A DNA stretch of 64,000 nt from an uncultured Gammaproteobacteria bacterium (GTDB lineage Bacteria > Pseudomonadota > Gammaproteobacteria > CAZDOC01): the NCBI GenBank assembly GCA_964506945.1, contig CAZDOC010000007.1, forward strand, positions 1,284 through 65,283, in the 5' to 3' direction. The notes beneath the pieces are model-generated. The model was not told the DNA's origin and did no database searches. It saw only the letters and a list, made by a program, of their open reading frames with translations. Of the stretch, positions 13,412-23,144 are shown one piece after another. The translations under genes and the position numbers were made by a program. Position 1 is the first letter of the stretch. Each line of letters starts with the position of its first letter.

Positions 13412-14179
13412 TCAGGCGCTGACGGCGTCTATGGGGGGGCAGGAGGCGCACAGGCCGGCCATATCCTGGATCCCGGACGGGTCATGGATCTGCACGAGCT
13501 TGTGGTCTATGGATACGAGTCCTTGTTTTCCCATTGATTTCAATACCCTGCTGATGGTCGCCGGGGCCAGCCCCAGATAATTGGCGATATCGTGACGAGA
13601 CATGCTAAGGGTGAATTCCGTGCTGGAATATCCGCGCCTGGCGAAGCGCCTGGACAGGGTGCAGAGGAAATAGGCCAGACGTTCCTCGCTGGTGGTCTTG
13701 CCCAGTAGCAGCAGCAGTTCATGGTCATGCCGGATCTCCCGCCCGGCCAGATGCTGGAACTGGGCCTGGAACTCCGGGTACAGGCGGCACAGGTCGTTGT
13801 ATTGCTGCAATGTGATGCTGCAGACGGTCGATGTCTCAAGGGCCTCCGCCGTTGCCGTATGACGGTCGGCCTCCAGGGCCTCGAGACCCAGCAGTTCCCC
13901 CGGCAGATAAAAGCCGAGGATCTGGACGGTACCGTTGTCGTCCCTGAGGCTCAGTTTGAGTGATCCAGAGCCAATGAAATAGAGTTCCCTCAGCGTCTGC
14001 CCCTGATGATAGAGGATCTCGTGACGAGACAAGGGCTTGGGGTGGCCGATCTGGACATCGAGTCGCGCCAGTGCCTGGGGATCCAGTTCACGGGGCAGAC
14101 AGAGCTGTCTGAGCCGGCATTGACTGCAGCGCCTCCGGGGAGGGACCGGCTTCGTATCGTGTTCCGCTTTCACCATCAT
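13412..14179 (-). CDS. fnr: FNR-type O2-sensing Crp/Fnr regulator
   Basis: N-terminal C-x2-C-x5-C (CSQCRLRQLC), central Cys (STVCSI), HTH MSRHDIANYLGLAPATISR. Confidence 0.85.
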   Translation of the reverse strand: MMVKAEHDTKPVPPRRRCSQCRLRQLCLPRELDPQALARLDVQIGHPKPLSRHEILYHQGQTLRELYFIGSGSLKLSLRDDNGTVQILGFYLPGELLGLEALEADRHTATAEALETSTVCSITLQQYNDLCRLYPEFQAQFQHLAGREIRHDHELLLLLGKTTSEERLAYFLCTLSRRFARRGYSSTEFTLSMSRHDIANYLGLAPATISRVLKSMGKQGLVSIDHKLVQIHDPSGIQDMAGLCASCPPIDAVSA

Positions 14180-14378
14180 CTCTCCTGAGATGGGGCCATC
14201 TTACACGACTTCCGTTATGGTCGTGATGCGGTGGGATTGAATTGTCCCGTGATGCCCGCATATCTCTATACGACGGCGGCGTCATCAGCACGAGACCCTG
14301 GAACAATCAGGGTTTCCAGGGTCGATGGCCACGCGAATGATTCCAAGGCCAGAGGCCTAAGGCTGGCGAGGCAGGTTC

Positions 14379-15470
14379 ATGGCTATCCAGGAAAGTGAGA
14401 CAGCAACCCGCTACTGGCATGTACTCGATGATGGTCGTGTGCAGTGCGACCTGTGTCCACGTGCCTGCAAGCTGCACGAGGGCCAGCGTGGCCTGTGTTT
14501 CGTGCGCGCCAATCACCACGATCGGATCGTCCTGACCACCTATGGTCGTTCCAGTGGTTTCTGTATCGATCCCATAGAGAAAAAACCGCTGAACCATTTC
14601 TATCCCGGCTCTCCGGTGCTGTCCTTTGGTACCGCCGGCTGTAATCTGGCCTGCAAGTTCTGCCAGAACTGGGATATCAGCAAGTCGCGCGAGACCGACA
14701 CCCTGGCCGATGAGGCCAGCCCGGAAAAGATCGCCCGCGTGGCCGAATCCCTGGCTTGTGAGAGCGTGGCCTTCACCTACAACGATCCGGTCATCTTCAT
14801 GGAGTATGCGCTGGATGTCGCCGATGCCTGTCACGCACGTGGCATCAATAGCGTTGCGGTCACGGCCGGTTATATCAGCGCCGGTCCCCGGGAGGAATTC
14901 TTCCGGCGCATGGATGCGGCCAATGTGGACCTCAAGGGCTTCAGCGATTCGTTCTACTACAAGCTCTGTGGCGGACATCTCGCACCGGTACTGGAGACCC
15001 TGGAGACCATATACCACCATAGTGATTGCTGGCTGGAGCTGACCACGCTGCTGATCCCCGGTGAAAACGACTCAGCTGAGGAACTCGAAGCCATGACCCG
15101 CTGGGTGGTGGAACACCTGGGTCCGGATGTGCCGATGCATTTCACCGCCTTTCACCCCGACTGGAAGATGCGGGATAGGCCGCCGACACCACCGCGTACA
15201 CTCAGCCTGGCGCGCCAGATAGCCATCGATCAGGGGGTGCGTTATGCCTATACCGGTAATGTGCATGATCGGACCGGAGGCTCCACCTTCTGTCACCAGT
15301 GCGGCAAGGCCCTGATCATCCGCGACTGGCACCAGATCACGGCCTGGCACCTGGACGGGCAGGGCCGTTGTCCGGACTGCCATACACCGGTGGCCGGTCG
15401 CTTCCATGCCCGTCCGGGAGCATGGGGCAACCGTTACCAGCCGGTGCATCTCGCCGCGCTGCGAACATAG
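14379..15470 (+). CDS. amrS: AmmeMemoRadiSam system radical SAM enzyme
   Basis: N-terminal CDLCPRAC..CFVR, DPIEKKPLNHFYPG, CNLACKFCQNW, FTYNDP, C-terminal CHQC/CPDC. Confidence 0.92.
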   Translation: MAIQESETATRYWHVLDDGRVQCDLCPRACKLHEGQRGLCFVRANHHDRIVLTTYGRSSGFCIDPIEKKPLNHFYPGSPVLSFGTAGCNLACKFCQNWDISKSRETDTLADEASPEKIARVAESLACESVAFTYNDPVIFMEYALDVADACHARGINSVAVTAGYISAGPREEFFRRMDAANVDLKGFSDSFYYKLCGGHLAPVLETLETIYHHSDCWLELTTLLIPGENDSAEELEAMTRWVVEHLGPDVPMHFTAFHPDWKMRDRPPTPPRTLSLARQIAIDQGVRYAYTGNVHDRTGGSTFCHQCGKALIIRDWHQITAWHLDGQGRCPDCHTPVAGRFHARPGAWGNRYQPVHLAALRT

Positions 15471-15704
15471 CCATCCACCCCGGCCGGGGTTGCCGCCGTG
15501 GCCGGGCGTGGCCACGGCGGGGGCTGCAGGCAGCGTGGGTCCAACCTTATCGAGACCGTCATTCCAGAAAATATCTTTCACAAAAAAATAATATATATTT
15601 CTTGAACTTACCTGCTCCTGCCGGTCTATACTTCTCATCCGCCGCAGCTTGAAACCGCGGTGGATACGGGGTGGCTTCCACACGGCTAATGGGTCCGGGA
15701 ACCG

Positions 15705-15992
15705 ATGGATGAAGCGCAGCGAAAACGCCATGGGCAAGGGAAAACTTCATGTCGTACGACATCAATAACAGGCACGGCGCCATCAACGGTGGCCATGGCC
15801 TCCAGTGGTTCGGATTACACACAGTGTTCCGGCGTTGGCAAATGCCCCGGTCACAACGAATACAGGAGTATCGAGATCGCCTGCGCCGGTCGTCTCCGGT
15901 GCAAGGGTCGAGGGTTTGTCATGATGTCCCAGAGGCATATGACAATGTCGGTGGGACCCGCACATGAAGCGGGTCTTTTCAGTTATGGATAA
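15705..15992 (+). pseudogene. Degenerate, frameshifted paralog of the BufA2-type precursor peptide
   Basis: TQCSGVGKCPGHNEYRSIEIACAGRLRCKGRGFVMMS aligns to [37 protein letters not shown]. The homologous tail (AYDNVGGT) lies in another frame (ORF 15749-15967), and the signal peptide is eroded. Confidence 0.7.
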
Positions 15993-16005
15993 AGAGGGTA
16001 AGCTG

Positions 16006-16269
16006 ATGAAAAACATTGCAAAACCAGTAGGTCTGTCAATCGCTATCGCAGCCGCCGGGCTGTTTGTCGCCGCGCCGGCGGTGGTCAGCGCCACCGGGCA
16101 GGCCGAGGTCCAGTGCTATGGCGTCAATATGTGCAAGGGTCATAACGACTGCAAGACGGCCACCAATGCATGCAAGGGCAAAGCCAAATGCAAGGGCCAG
16201 GGCTTCGTAATGATGTCCAAGAAGGCCTGTGGCCATATTGGCGGTTCGACCACACCCAAGGGGAAATAA
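16006..16269 (+). CDS. BufA2-type bufferin metallophore precursor (signal peptide plus six-Cys core)
   Basis: [29 protein letters not shown] signal, then repeated CKG units. Directly upstream of DUF692 and DUF2063 genes. Start at 16006 has an AGAGGG RBS. Confidence 0.85.
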   Translation: MKNIAKPVGLSIAIAAAGLFVAAPAVVSATGQAEVQCYGVNMCKGHNDCKTATNACKGKAKCKGQGFVMMSKKACGHIGGSTTPKGK

Positions 16270-16276
16270 TCGGGCG

Positions 16277-16303
16277 GGCCGGGGAGGGACAGCCTCCCCG
16301 GCC
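16277..16303 (+). other. GC-rich 11-bp hairpin between precursor and MNIO genes
   Basis: GGCCGGGGAGG-GACAG-CCTCCCCGGCC, with no U-tract. Confidence 0.7.
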
Positions 16304-16308
16304 ATGAT

Positions 16309-17172
16309 ATGACGGGGGATCATGACGCCATGTCGGAGCAAAAAGACAAACCCTATCTCGGCTATGGGCTTGGCCTGCGCAGCGACTATTATGAAACCAT
16401 TCTCGAGGAGCTTCCGCCAGTAGACTGGTTCGAGATCCTGTCCGAGAACTATATGGTCGATGGCGGCAAGCCTTGGCATTACCTGGAACGCGTCAAGGCG
16501 CACTATCCGCTGGTGATGCATGGGGTTTCGATGTCCATTGGCGGCACCGATCCCCTGGATCGGGATTATCTGTGCAGGCTGAAACAGCTGCTGGATCGGG
16601 TCGAGCCCCGCTGGTTGTCCGACCACCTGTGCTGGACCGGGCAGGAGGGTCATAACCTGCACGACCTGATCCCGCTGCCCTATACCGATGAGGTGGTGAA
16701 ACACGTGGCCGCGCGGGTGCGGCAGGTTCAGGATACCCTTGAGCGGCGCATCCTGCTGGAGAATGTCTCCAGTTATGTGTCGTACAAGGACTCGAGCATG
16801 AGCGAGGCGGAATTTTTCACGGCCGTGGTCGAGGAGGCGGACTGCCTGATGCTGCTGGATGTCAACAACATCTACGTCAGCGCCTTCAACCACCAGTTCG
16901 ATCCGGTTTCCTATCTCGATGCCCTGCCGGTGGAACGCATCTACCAGATCCACCTGGCCGGTCACAGCCAGTACGGCGACTACATCATCGATACCCACGA
17001 CCATCCTATAGTGGACCCGGTCTGGGACCTGTACCGCATCACCCTGGAACGCTTCGGCCCGATCTCGACCATGATCGAGCGCGATGACCGCATGCCCCCG
17101 TTCCCGGAACTGATGCAGGAACTGGAGCAGGCGCGCGCGATCGGCAGACAGGCCCTGGGCGAGGCCGCCTGA
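16309..17172 (+). CDS. DUF692 multinuclear non-heme iron-dependent oxidative enzyme (MNIO, BufB-like)
   Basis: GYGLGLRS, WFEILSENY, HGVSMSIG, WLSDHLCW, LLENVSSY, LLDVNNIYV, IHLAGH, IDTHD, MIERD. Alternative start at 16330. Confidence 0.95.
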   Translation: MTGDHDAMSEQKDKPYLGYGLGLRSDYYETILEELPPVDWFEILSENYMVDGGKPWHYLERVKAHYPLVMHGVSMSIGGTDPLDRDYLCRLKQLLDRVEPRWLSDHLCWTGQEGHNLHDLIPLPYTDEVVKHVAARVRQVQDTLERRILLENVSSYVSYKDSSMSEAEFFTAVVEEADCLMLLDVNNIYVSAFNHQFDPVSYLDALPVERIYQIHLAGHSQYGDYIIDTHDHPIVDPVWDLYRITLERFGPISTMIERDDRMPPFPELMQELEQARAIGRQALGEAA

Positions 17173-17945
17173 TGGAGCTGGCCCGTCTGCAGCAGGCCTT
17201 CAAGGCGCATATCCTGGGCCAGGGCGATGCCATCGTGGCGGCCATCGTCGATAGCGGCAGGCTCAGCGCGGAAGACCGCCTTTCGATCTACGTGCATGCC
17301 TACAAGGCGCGCCTGGGCGAGGCCCTGGGCACCGATTACAAGGCCATCAAGGGCCTGCTGGGTGATGACGAATTCGAACGCATGGCCTCGTTGTATATAG
17401 ACGCCTGGCCATCACGGCATTATTCCCTGCGCTGGTTCGGCCGGCATCTGGCCGAATTTCTGGAAGACACCCTGGACGAATCCCAGGGCTTTCTGGTCGA
17501 GTTGGCGCGTCTGGAATGGGCCTTCGTGATGAGCTTCGATGCCGCCGACCGGGGCACGGTCAGTGAGGCCGAGGTCGCCGCGATACCGCCTCAGGACTGG
17601 CCCGGGCTCAGGCTGTCGCTGAGTCCGTCCGCCAGTTGCGGGTCTTATGCATGGAACGTGCTGGAGCTGTGGAAGCTGGGCCGTGATCAGGGTGAGGCGG
17701 CAGCACCCGTTCGCCTGCAAACACCGCGCAGCATCCTGATCTGGCGACAGCAGCTGCGGACCCGCTATCGCAGCCTGGAACCCGCCGAGGCCGCGGCTCT
17801 GCGCGTTGCCATGCAGGGTGGGGATTTTTCCGAAATCTGCGCCCGATTGACCGCGTTCCATGCCCAGGCGGAGGTGGCGCTGGCCGCGGCAACGCTGCTG
17901 AAGACCTGGATAGGCGACGGACTGGTGAGCGGATTGCACTACTGA
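17172..17945 (+). CDS. DUF2063 MNIO partner protein (BufC-like)
   Basis: RLSIYVHAY..RLGEAL...LGDDEF...LARLEWA; coupled to the DUF692 stop codon. Confidence 0.88.
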   Translation: MELARLQQAFKAHILGQGDAIVAAIVDSGRLSAEDRLSIYVHAYKARLGEALGTDYKAIKGLLGDDEFERMASLYIDAWPSRHYSLRWFGRHLAEFLEDTLDESQGFLVELARLEWAFVMSFDAADRGTVSEAEVAAIPPQDWPGLRLSLSPSASCGSYAWNVLELWKLGRDQGEAAAPVRLQTPRSILIWRQQLRTRYRSLEPAEAAALRVAMQGGDFSEICARLTAFHAQAEVALAAATLLKTWIGDGLVSGLHY

Positions 17946-18014
17946 GCCCGGCTTGTCCATGATGGCGCCCCGGGGCCACCCTGCGGTTGCATGCGTGGCC
18001 TCCATGCCGGTCGA

Positions 18015-20657
18015 TCATTTATCGGAGATCGCCGCCTGGGCAGCGGCCAGCCTGGCGATGGGGACGCGGAAGGGCGAACAGGACACATAGTCCAGCCCGG
18101 CCCGGTGGCAGAACGCGATCGAGGCCGGATCGCCGCCGTGTTCCCCACAGATCCCGCAGCTCAGGCCCTCGCGGGTCTTGCGCCCGCGTTTGACGGCCAT
18201 CCTCACCAGTTGACCGACTCCCTGGGTGTCCAGGGTCTGGAATGGACTGGTGGCGAGGATGTGGCGTTCCAGGTAGTCCGGCAGGAAGGTATTCACATCG
18301 TCACGGCTGAATCCCAGGGTCATCTGGGTCAGGTCATTGGTGCCGAAGCTGAAGAACTCCGCGGCTTCCGCGATCTCGTTCGCGCACAGGGCCGCGCGCG
18401 GCAGTTCGATCATCGTCCCTATCGGTATCCTCAGTTCTCCACGGAAATGCAGGGCCTTGCGCGTGGCCGCGATGGTGGCCTCGATCTCACCACGCAGTAC
18501 TTGCAGTTCGCCGGCGAAGCCCACCAGTGGCACCATGATCTCCGGGCGTACCGGGATGCGCTTGCGGCGGCAGTGGATGCAGGCCTCGGTGATGGCGCGG
18601 ACCTGCATGGCCATCACCTCCGGATAGGTGATCGCCAGCCGGCAGCCACGGTGACCGAGCATCGGATTGCGTTCTTCCAGTTGCGCCACGCGGCGTCTCA
18701 GCCGGGCCTGGGTGATCCCCATCCGCCGCGCCAGATGGGCCTGGGACCTGGCATCCCGCGGCAGGAATTCATGCAAGGGTGGATCGAGCAGGCGGATGGT
18801 GACCGGCAGACCCTTCATCGCCGTCAGCAGGCCAATGAAATCATCCCGCTGGTAGGGCAGGAGTCTGTCCAGTGCGGCGCGCCGTTCCTTCTCGTCGTCG
18901 GCCAGGATCATCTCACGCATGGCATCGATGCGTCCGCCTTCGAAAAACATGTGCTCGGTACGGCACAGACCGATACCCTCGGCGCCAAATCGACGCGCAC
19001 ATTCGGCATCGGCGGGTTTGTCGGCATTCGCGCGTACACCCAGACGGCGGTATTCGTCCGCCCACGCCATGATGGTGGCGAAGTCCCCGCTGAGCTCCGC
19101 CTCACGCGTGGCAACGCTGCCGGCCATGACCTCGCCGGTGTTGCCATCGATACTGATGACATCATCCGCGCCGAACTCCCGCCTGCCGATGCGCAAGCGG
19201 CGATTTTTGACATCGATCTCCAGCGCCGAGACCCCGGTTACGCAGCATTTGCCCCAGCCCCGGGCGACGACCGCCGCATGGCTGGTGGTGCCCCCGGTGG
19301 CGGTCAGGATGCCGGCGGCGGCATGCATGCCCTCGATGTCCTCCGCGCTGGTTTCCTGGCGCACCAGGATCAGTTGCTCACCCGCGGCTCGACGGGTCAC
19401 GACCTCGGCCGCGGTGAAGGCGGGTTTGCCCACCGCGGCGCCGGGTGAGGCAGGAAGGCCGCGGGCCAGCACGCTGCGTTTCGCCGCCGGATCGAAGGAG
19501 GGATGCAGGAGCTGGTTCAGTCCCTCCGGGTCGATGCGCAGCAGCGCGGTTTTCCTGCCGATCTTCCCTTCCGCGACCAGCTCGGCGGCGATGCGCAGCG
19601 CCGCGGCCGTGGTACGCTGACCGGTGCGTGTCTGCAGCATGTACAAGCGCCCCCGCTCGATGGTGAACTCGATGTCCTGCATGTCGCGGTAGTGACTTTC
19701 CAGGGTCTTCTTGACCTTCAGCAACTGCTTGAAGACCTTGCGGTTCCAGTCCTTCAGTGCAGCCATGGGTCGCGGGGTGCGTATGCCGGCGACCACATCC
19801 TCGCCCTGGGCGTTGACCAGGAATTCACCATAGAAGGCATTGGCGCCGGTGGCCGGATTACGGGTGAAGGCCACCCCGGTGGCAGAATCCTCGCCGAGGT
19901 TGCCGAACACCATCATCTGCACGTTGACCGCCGTTCCAAGGTCCTCTCCAATGGCATGGATCCGCCGGTAACTGACGGCCCGGGGGGTATTCCAGCTGCG
20001 GAACACCGCCTCGATGGCGCGCAGCAGTTGCTGGTAGGGGTCCTGGGGGAAATCCTCGCCGGTATGGCGCCGATAGATGGCCATGTATTCCCTGATCAGC
20101 TTCTCCAGCGCCATGTCTTCGAGTTCTGCGTCCGTGGTGGCGCCATGCTGCCGGCGGCATGCCCGCAGGGCCTGTTCGAAGTCATCGTGCGGCACCTGCA
20201 TCACCACATCGCCAAACATGCCGATCAGTCGCCGGTAGGCATCCAGGGCAAAGCGCCGGCTATGATTTCGCCTGCCCAGGGCCTCGACGATGTCATCATT
20301 GAGACCCAGATTGAGGACGGTATCCATCATCCCGGGCATGCTGACGGCCGCGCCGCTGCGTACGGACAGCAGCAGGGGATTATCCGGATCGGCGAATCGG
20401 CGGCGGCTGTCCTTCTCCAGGCGGCGCAGGGCCTTGTCGATCGCCTTTCGCAGTCTTCCGGGCAGTTGCCCGCCGGCGTGCAGATAATCCAGGCAGCTGC
20501 GCGTGCCGATGGTAAAGCCCGGGGGGATGGGCAGGCCGATACGGGCCATCTCAGCCAGATTGGCGCCCTTGCCACCGAGCTGCCGGCGCATGCCGGCGTT
20601 GCCATCGACCCGGGAAGGTCCGAAATAGAACACTTGTCTGTCGGTTTTCACTCTCAT
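18015..20657 (-). CDS. ppdK: Pyruvate, phosphate dikinase
   Basis: LGGKGANLAEM, SVRSGA..SMPGMMDTVLNLG, GGTTSHAAVVARGWG, GLCRTEHMF, FSFGTNDLTQ, GICGEHGG. Confidence 0.97.
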   Translation of the reverse strand: MRVKTDRQVFYFGPSRVDGNAGMRRQLGGKGANLAEMARIGLPIPPGFTIGTRSCLDYLHAGGQLPGRLRKAIDKALRRLEKDSRRRFADPDNPLLLSVRSGAAVSMPGMMDTVLNLGLNDDIVEALGRRNHSRRFALDAYRRLIGMFGDVVMQVPHDDFEQALRACRRQHGATTDAELEDMALEKLIREYMAIYRRHTGEDFPQDPYQQLLRAIEAVFRSWNTPRAVSYRRIHAIGEDLGTAVNVQMMVFGNLGEDSATGVAFTRNPATGANAFYGEFLVNAQGEDVVAGIRTPRPMAALKDWNRKVFKQLLKVKKTLESHYRDMQDIEFTIERGRLYMLQTRTGQRTTAAALRIAAELVAEGKIGRKTALLRIDPEGLNQLLHPSFDPAAKRSVLARGLPASPGAAVGKPAFTAAEVVTRRAAGEQLILVRQETSAEDIEGMHAAAGILTATGGTTSHAAVVARGWGKCCVTGVSALEIDVKNRRLRIGRREFGADDVISIDGNTGEVMAGSVATREAELSGDFATIMAWADEYRRLGVRANADKPADAECARRFGAEGIGLCRTEHMFFEGGRIDAMREMILADDEKERRAALDRLLPYQRDDFIGLLTAMKGLPVTIRLLDPPLHEFLPRDARSQAHLARRMGITQARLRRRVAQLEERNPMLGHRGCRLAITYPEVMAMQVRAITEACIHCRRKRIPVRPEIMVPLVGFAGELQVLRGEIEATIAATRKALHFRGELRIPIGTMIELPRAALCANEIAEAAEFFSFGTNDLTQMTLGFSRDDVNTFLPDYLERHILATSPFQTLDTQGVGQLVRMAVKRGRKTREGLSCGICGEHGGDPASIAFCHRAGLDYVSCSPFRVPIARLAAAQAAISDK

Positions 20658-20675
20658 CTCCAGAGCCCTTGTCGC

Positions 20676-21941
20676 TTATAGCAAATGGATGGCCATGCCC
20701 AGCCCGATGAAGCCGGACAGGATCGTCAGGGAAAAACAGACGGCGATGCGGCGTCCCATGAGACCGCCACACAGGCCGATGACCAGACCGGCCTTGACGA
20801 CGGTATTGACGATGGCGGCGATGAAGATCCCGCTGGCCGCCACCATGAGCGCGAGATCGTCGTGACTCATGCGCGCCAGCGACATGGTAATGGCATCGAC
20901 ATCGCTGATCCCGGAAAAGGCCGCCAGCAAGTAGATGCCGGTACTGCCGAACCAGTGTTTCAGGGCCTGCGCCAGAAGCATGACCAGCGCCAGCAAGGCC
21001 CCGAACTGCAAGGCCACCTTCAGGTCGAAGGGGTTCTTCAATTCCAGATCGGGGTTGTGGCGGCTGACGCTGGAGTGTTTCAGCAACCACCAGGCGCAGA
21101 CGTAGGCGACCACCGTCATCAGACCGATTGGCCAGGCCAGTACGGGCAGCAGGGCCGGCTGGATCAGTGAAGATACCACCAGGATACGGGGGAACATCGT
21201 CGCCGAGGCGGCGGTGACGCCGGCAGCCAGCAGGCCCTGGTTGTCGGCGGATTGCCTGCCCAGGTGGGAGAAATTCAAGGCCACGGCCGTGGAGGCCACC
21301 AGTCCCCCGGAGATGGCCGTCAGCATGATCCCACGACTGGTGCCGATGATCTTGACCGCGAAATAGCCGATGAAGGAAATACCGGCGATCAATACCACCA
21401 TCCACCAGATTTCGTAGGGGTTGAGTGCCTGCCAGGGTCCGTAACCCCGGTCGGGAATCACCGGCAGCAGGACGATGGAGATCAATAACAATTGCAGGAT
21501 GGCACGCAATTCATTCGCTTGCAGGTGGGCTATCCATGCATGCAGGCGGTCTTTCAGGCCGAGCAGCACGGTGATCACCACCGCGCTGACGATGGCGATC
21601 ACCGTTGAACCCATCATCACCATGGCCCCGAGGATGTAGGTCAGCATCGCCGCCACGATGGTGGTAATGCCGAAGTCCAGGGATTCCTGGGTTTCCAGCC
21701 AGTGGGCCACGATCAGCAGCGCGGTCAGTCCCAGCAGGCCGAGGCCCACCAGGATCGGGGTGTATTCCTGGCTCAACAGGCCGCACAGGGCCCCCAGCAG
21801 CCCGATGAGGCCGAAGGAACGGATTCCGGCGATATGGCTGCCTTCCCGTTGCGCGCGCACGTCCCAGCTGCGCTCCAGGCCGATCAGCAGCCCGATGGCC
21901 AGGGCTATCGCGAGCGGGTGAAGCAGATCAGCACCAGGCAT
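20676..21941 (-). CDS. MgtC/SapB family membrane protein with DUF4010 domain
   Basis: LIGLERSW, AGIRSFGLIG, GITTIVA, GGLVASTA, SGISDVDAIT. Stop lies 18 bp upstream of the ppdK start on the same strand. Confidence 0.88.
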   Translation of the reverse strand: MPGADLLHPLAIALAIGLLIGLERSWDVRAQREGSHIAGIRSFGLIGLLGALCGLLSQEYTPILVGLGLLGLTALLIVAHWLETQESLDFGITTIVAAMLTYILGAMVMMGSTVIAIVSAVVITVLLGLKDRLHAWIAHLQANELRAILQLLLISIVLLPVIPDRGYGPWQALNPYEIWWMVVLIAGISFIGYFAVKIIGTSRGIMLTAISGGLVASTAVALNFSHLGRQSADNQGLLAAGVTAASATMFPRILVVSSLIQPALLPVLAWPIGLMTVVAYVCAWWLLKHSSVSRHNPDLELKNPFDLKVALQFGALLALVMLLAQALKHWFGSTGIYLLAAFSGISDVDAITMSLARMSHDDLALMVAASGIFIAAIVNTVVKAGLVIGLCGGLMGRRIAVCFSLTILSGFIGLGMAIHLL

Positions 21942-22023
21942 GGCGGGTTGTCGTGTATCGCGTATTCATCTTGTTCAGTATTGCTGAACCCGAAGTCTCT
22001 GGCCAGGCAAAATCCTCACAGAC

Positions 22024-22037
22024 ATGATATGGATCAA
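22024..22037. promoter_or_regulatory. Putative FNR box upstream of the mgtC-like/ppdK operon
   Basis: ATGAT-atgg-ATCAA, 9/10 match to TTGAT-N4-ATCAA, about 83 bp upstream of the start at 21941. Confidence 0.5.
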
Positions 22038-22129
22038 TTTCCTTTGCCACAGGCTTTAGATTTTATTTTCAGTGCCGTAGAATGCCCGCACCCCGGGCGA
22101 CCCGCCCATATCGGCGCCATCGGCATACC

Positions 22130-22220
22130 GGAGAGGTGGCAGAGTGGTTGAATGCACCGGTCTTGAAAACCGGCAAGGGTTTATAGCCCTTCCAGGGTTC
22201 GAATCCCTGCCTCTCCGCCA
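22130..22220 (+). tRNA. tRNA-Ser(TGA)
   Basis: Acceptor stem GGAGAGG/CCTCTCC-G-CCA, anticodon arm CCGGT-CTTGAAA-ACCGG, long variable arm, GGTTCGAATCC T-arm. Confidence 0.97.
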
Positions 22221-23144
22221 TTACTTCTGCTTGCGCCGCATCATGGCTTGTCCCCGAAGTCACGCCGGCCGTGTGGCGGCCGGACCCGCGGCAAACAGAC
22301 CCTCCAGCCGTGAACTCATGGCGCATTCTCTTATTCACGCATACCGGTTTCCTTCTTGAAGTCCAGGCCATGTGAATCCTCCTAGGCGCATGTTGTGGTC
22401 AGTGCCGTCACAGGCAGCATCATTCATACAAGCGTCATGACAGGCAAGTTTTTTCGCCTGTATGACGCTGACAGTCAAGCAATTGCACAGCCTGGGTCAA
22501 AGGGAGCCCGTCTGGAGGTATCCCATTGCCTACTCCGTGGTCTGGTGTTGTTTGCCCCAGGCCGTATTGCCGTTCCAGTGTCGCTGGCCGTATCTATTCA
22601 GGCCGAGGCTTCCGGGGTGTAGGATAGCCGCTGGTGAATGCCGTTCGCGCTGTCTTGTAATTCGGGCATGGGTTACCTAGAATGCATACGGAACCGTATG
22701 GTTTGTCCACGGTTCATGACGGCTTTCAACAGCCATGACAGATCCCGCGATGGCAGGATTGTACGATTTTGGGGAGATCGGTAAGGTAAGCTCCTGACCG
22801 TTCGCCATCATTGATGGATGGATATGACTCCAAGGGCCGCGCGGCTTAGTGGTTTAATGGCCTACTGGCCTTGATATCGGCTGTTGGCGCCTGATCGCGG
22901 GATTGCTGCCGGGGCCCGGCATGCTGCGGTGCGATATCGCGAGTCCGTGGGCTGGGCTCACGGCATGCCGCGGCCGCATCCGCGAAGTGAATTCCGGATC
23001 GCGTCAGGGATGATGTGAATGGATACGGTTACGGATGTACGACATGGGAATAAAGCGGGGCATGATCGATTCCGTTTGACCACGGACATCGATATATCCA
23101 CCGCACCAACGGGCCCAGGTTTACAATCGGACTGAGGACGCCTG

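Noticed and set aside
22221-23144. Short ORFs after the tRNA (22395-22622, 22462-22680, 22958-23296) as integrase remnants
   Set aside because: No tyrosine or serine recombinase motifs and no recognisable similarity; treated as non-coding.
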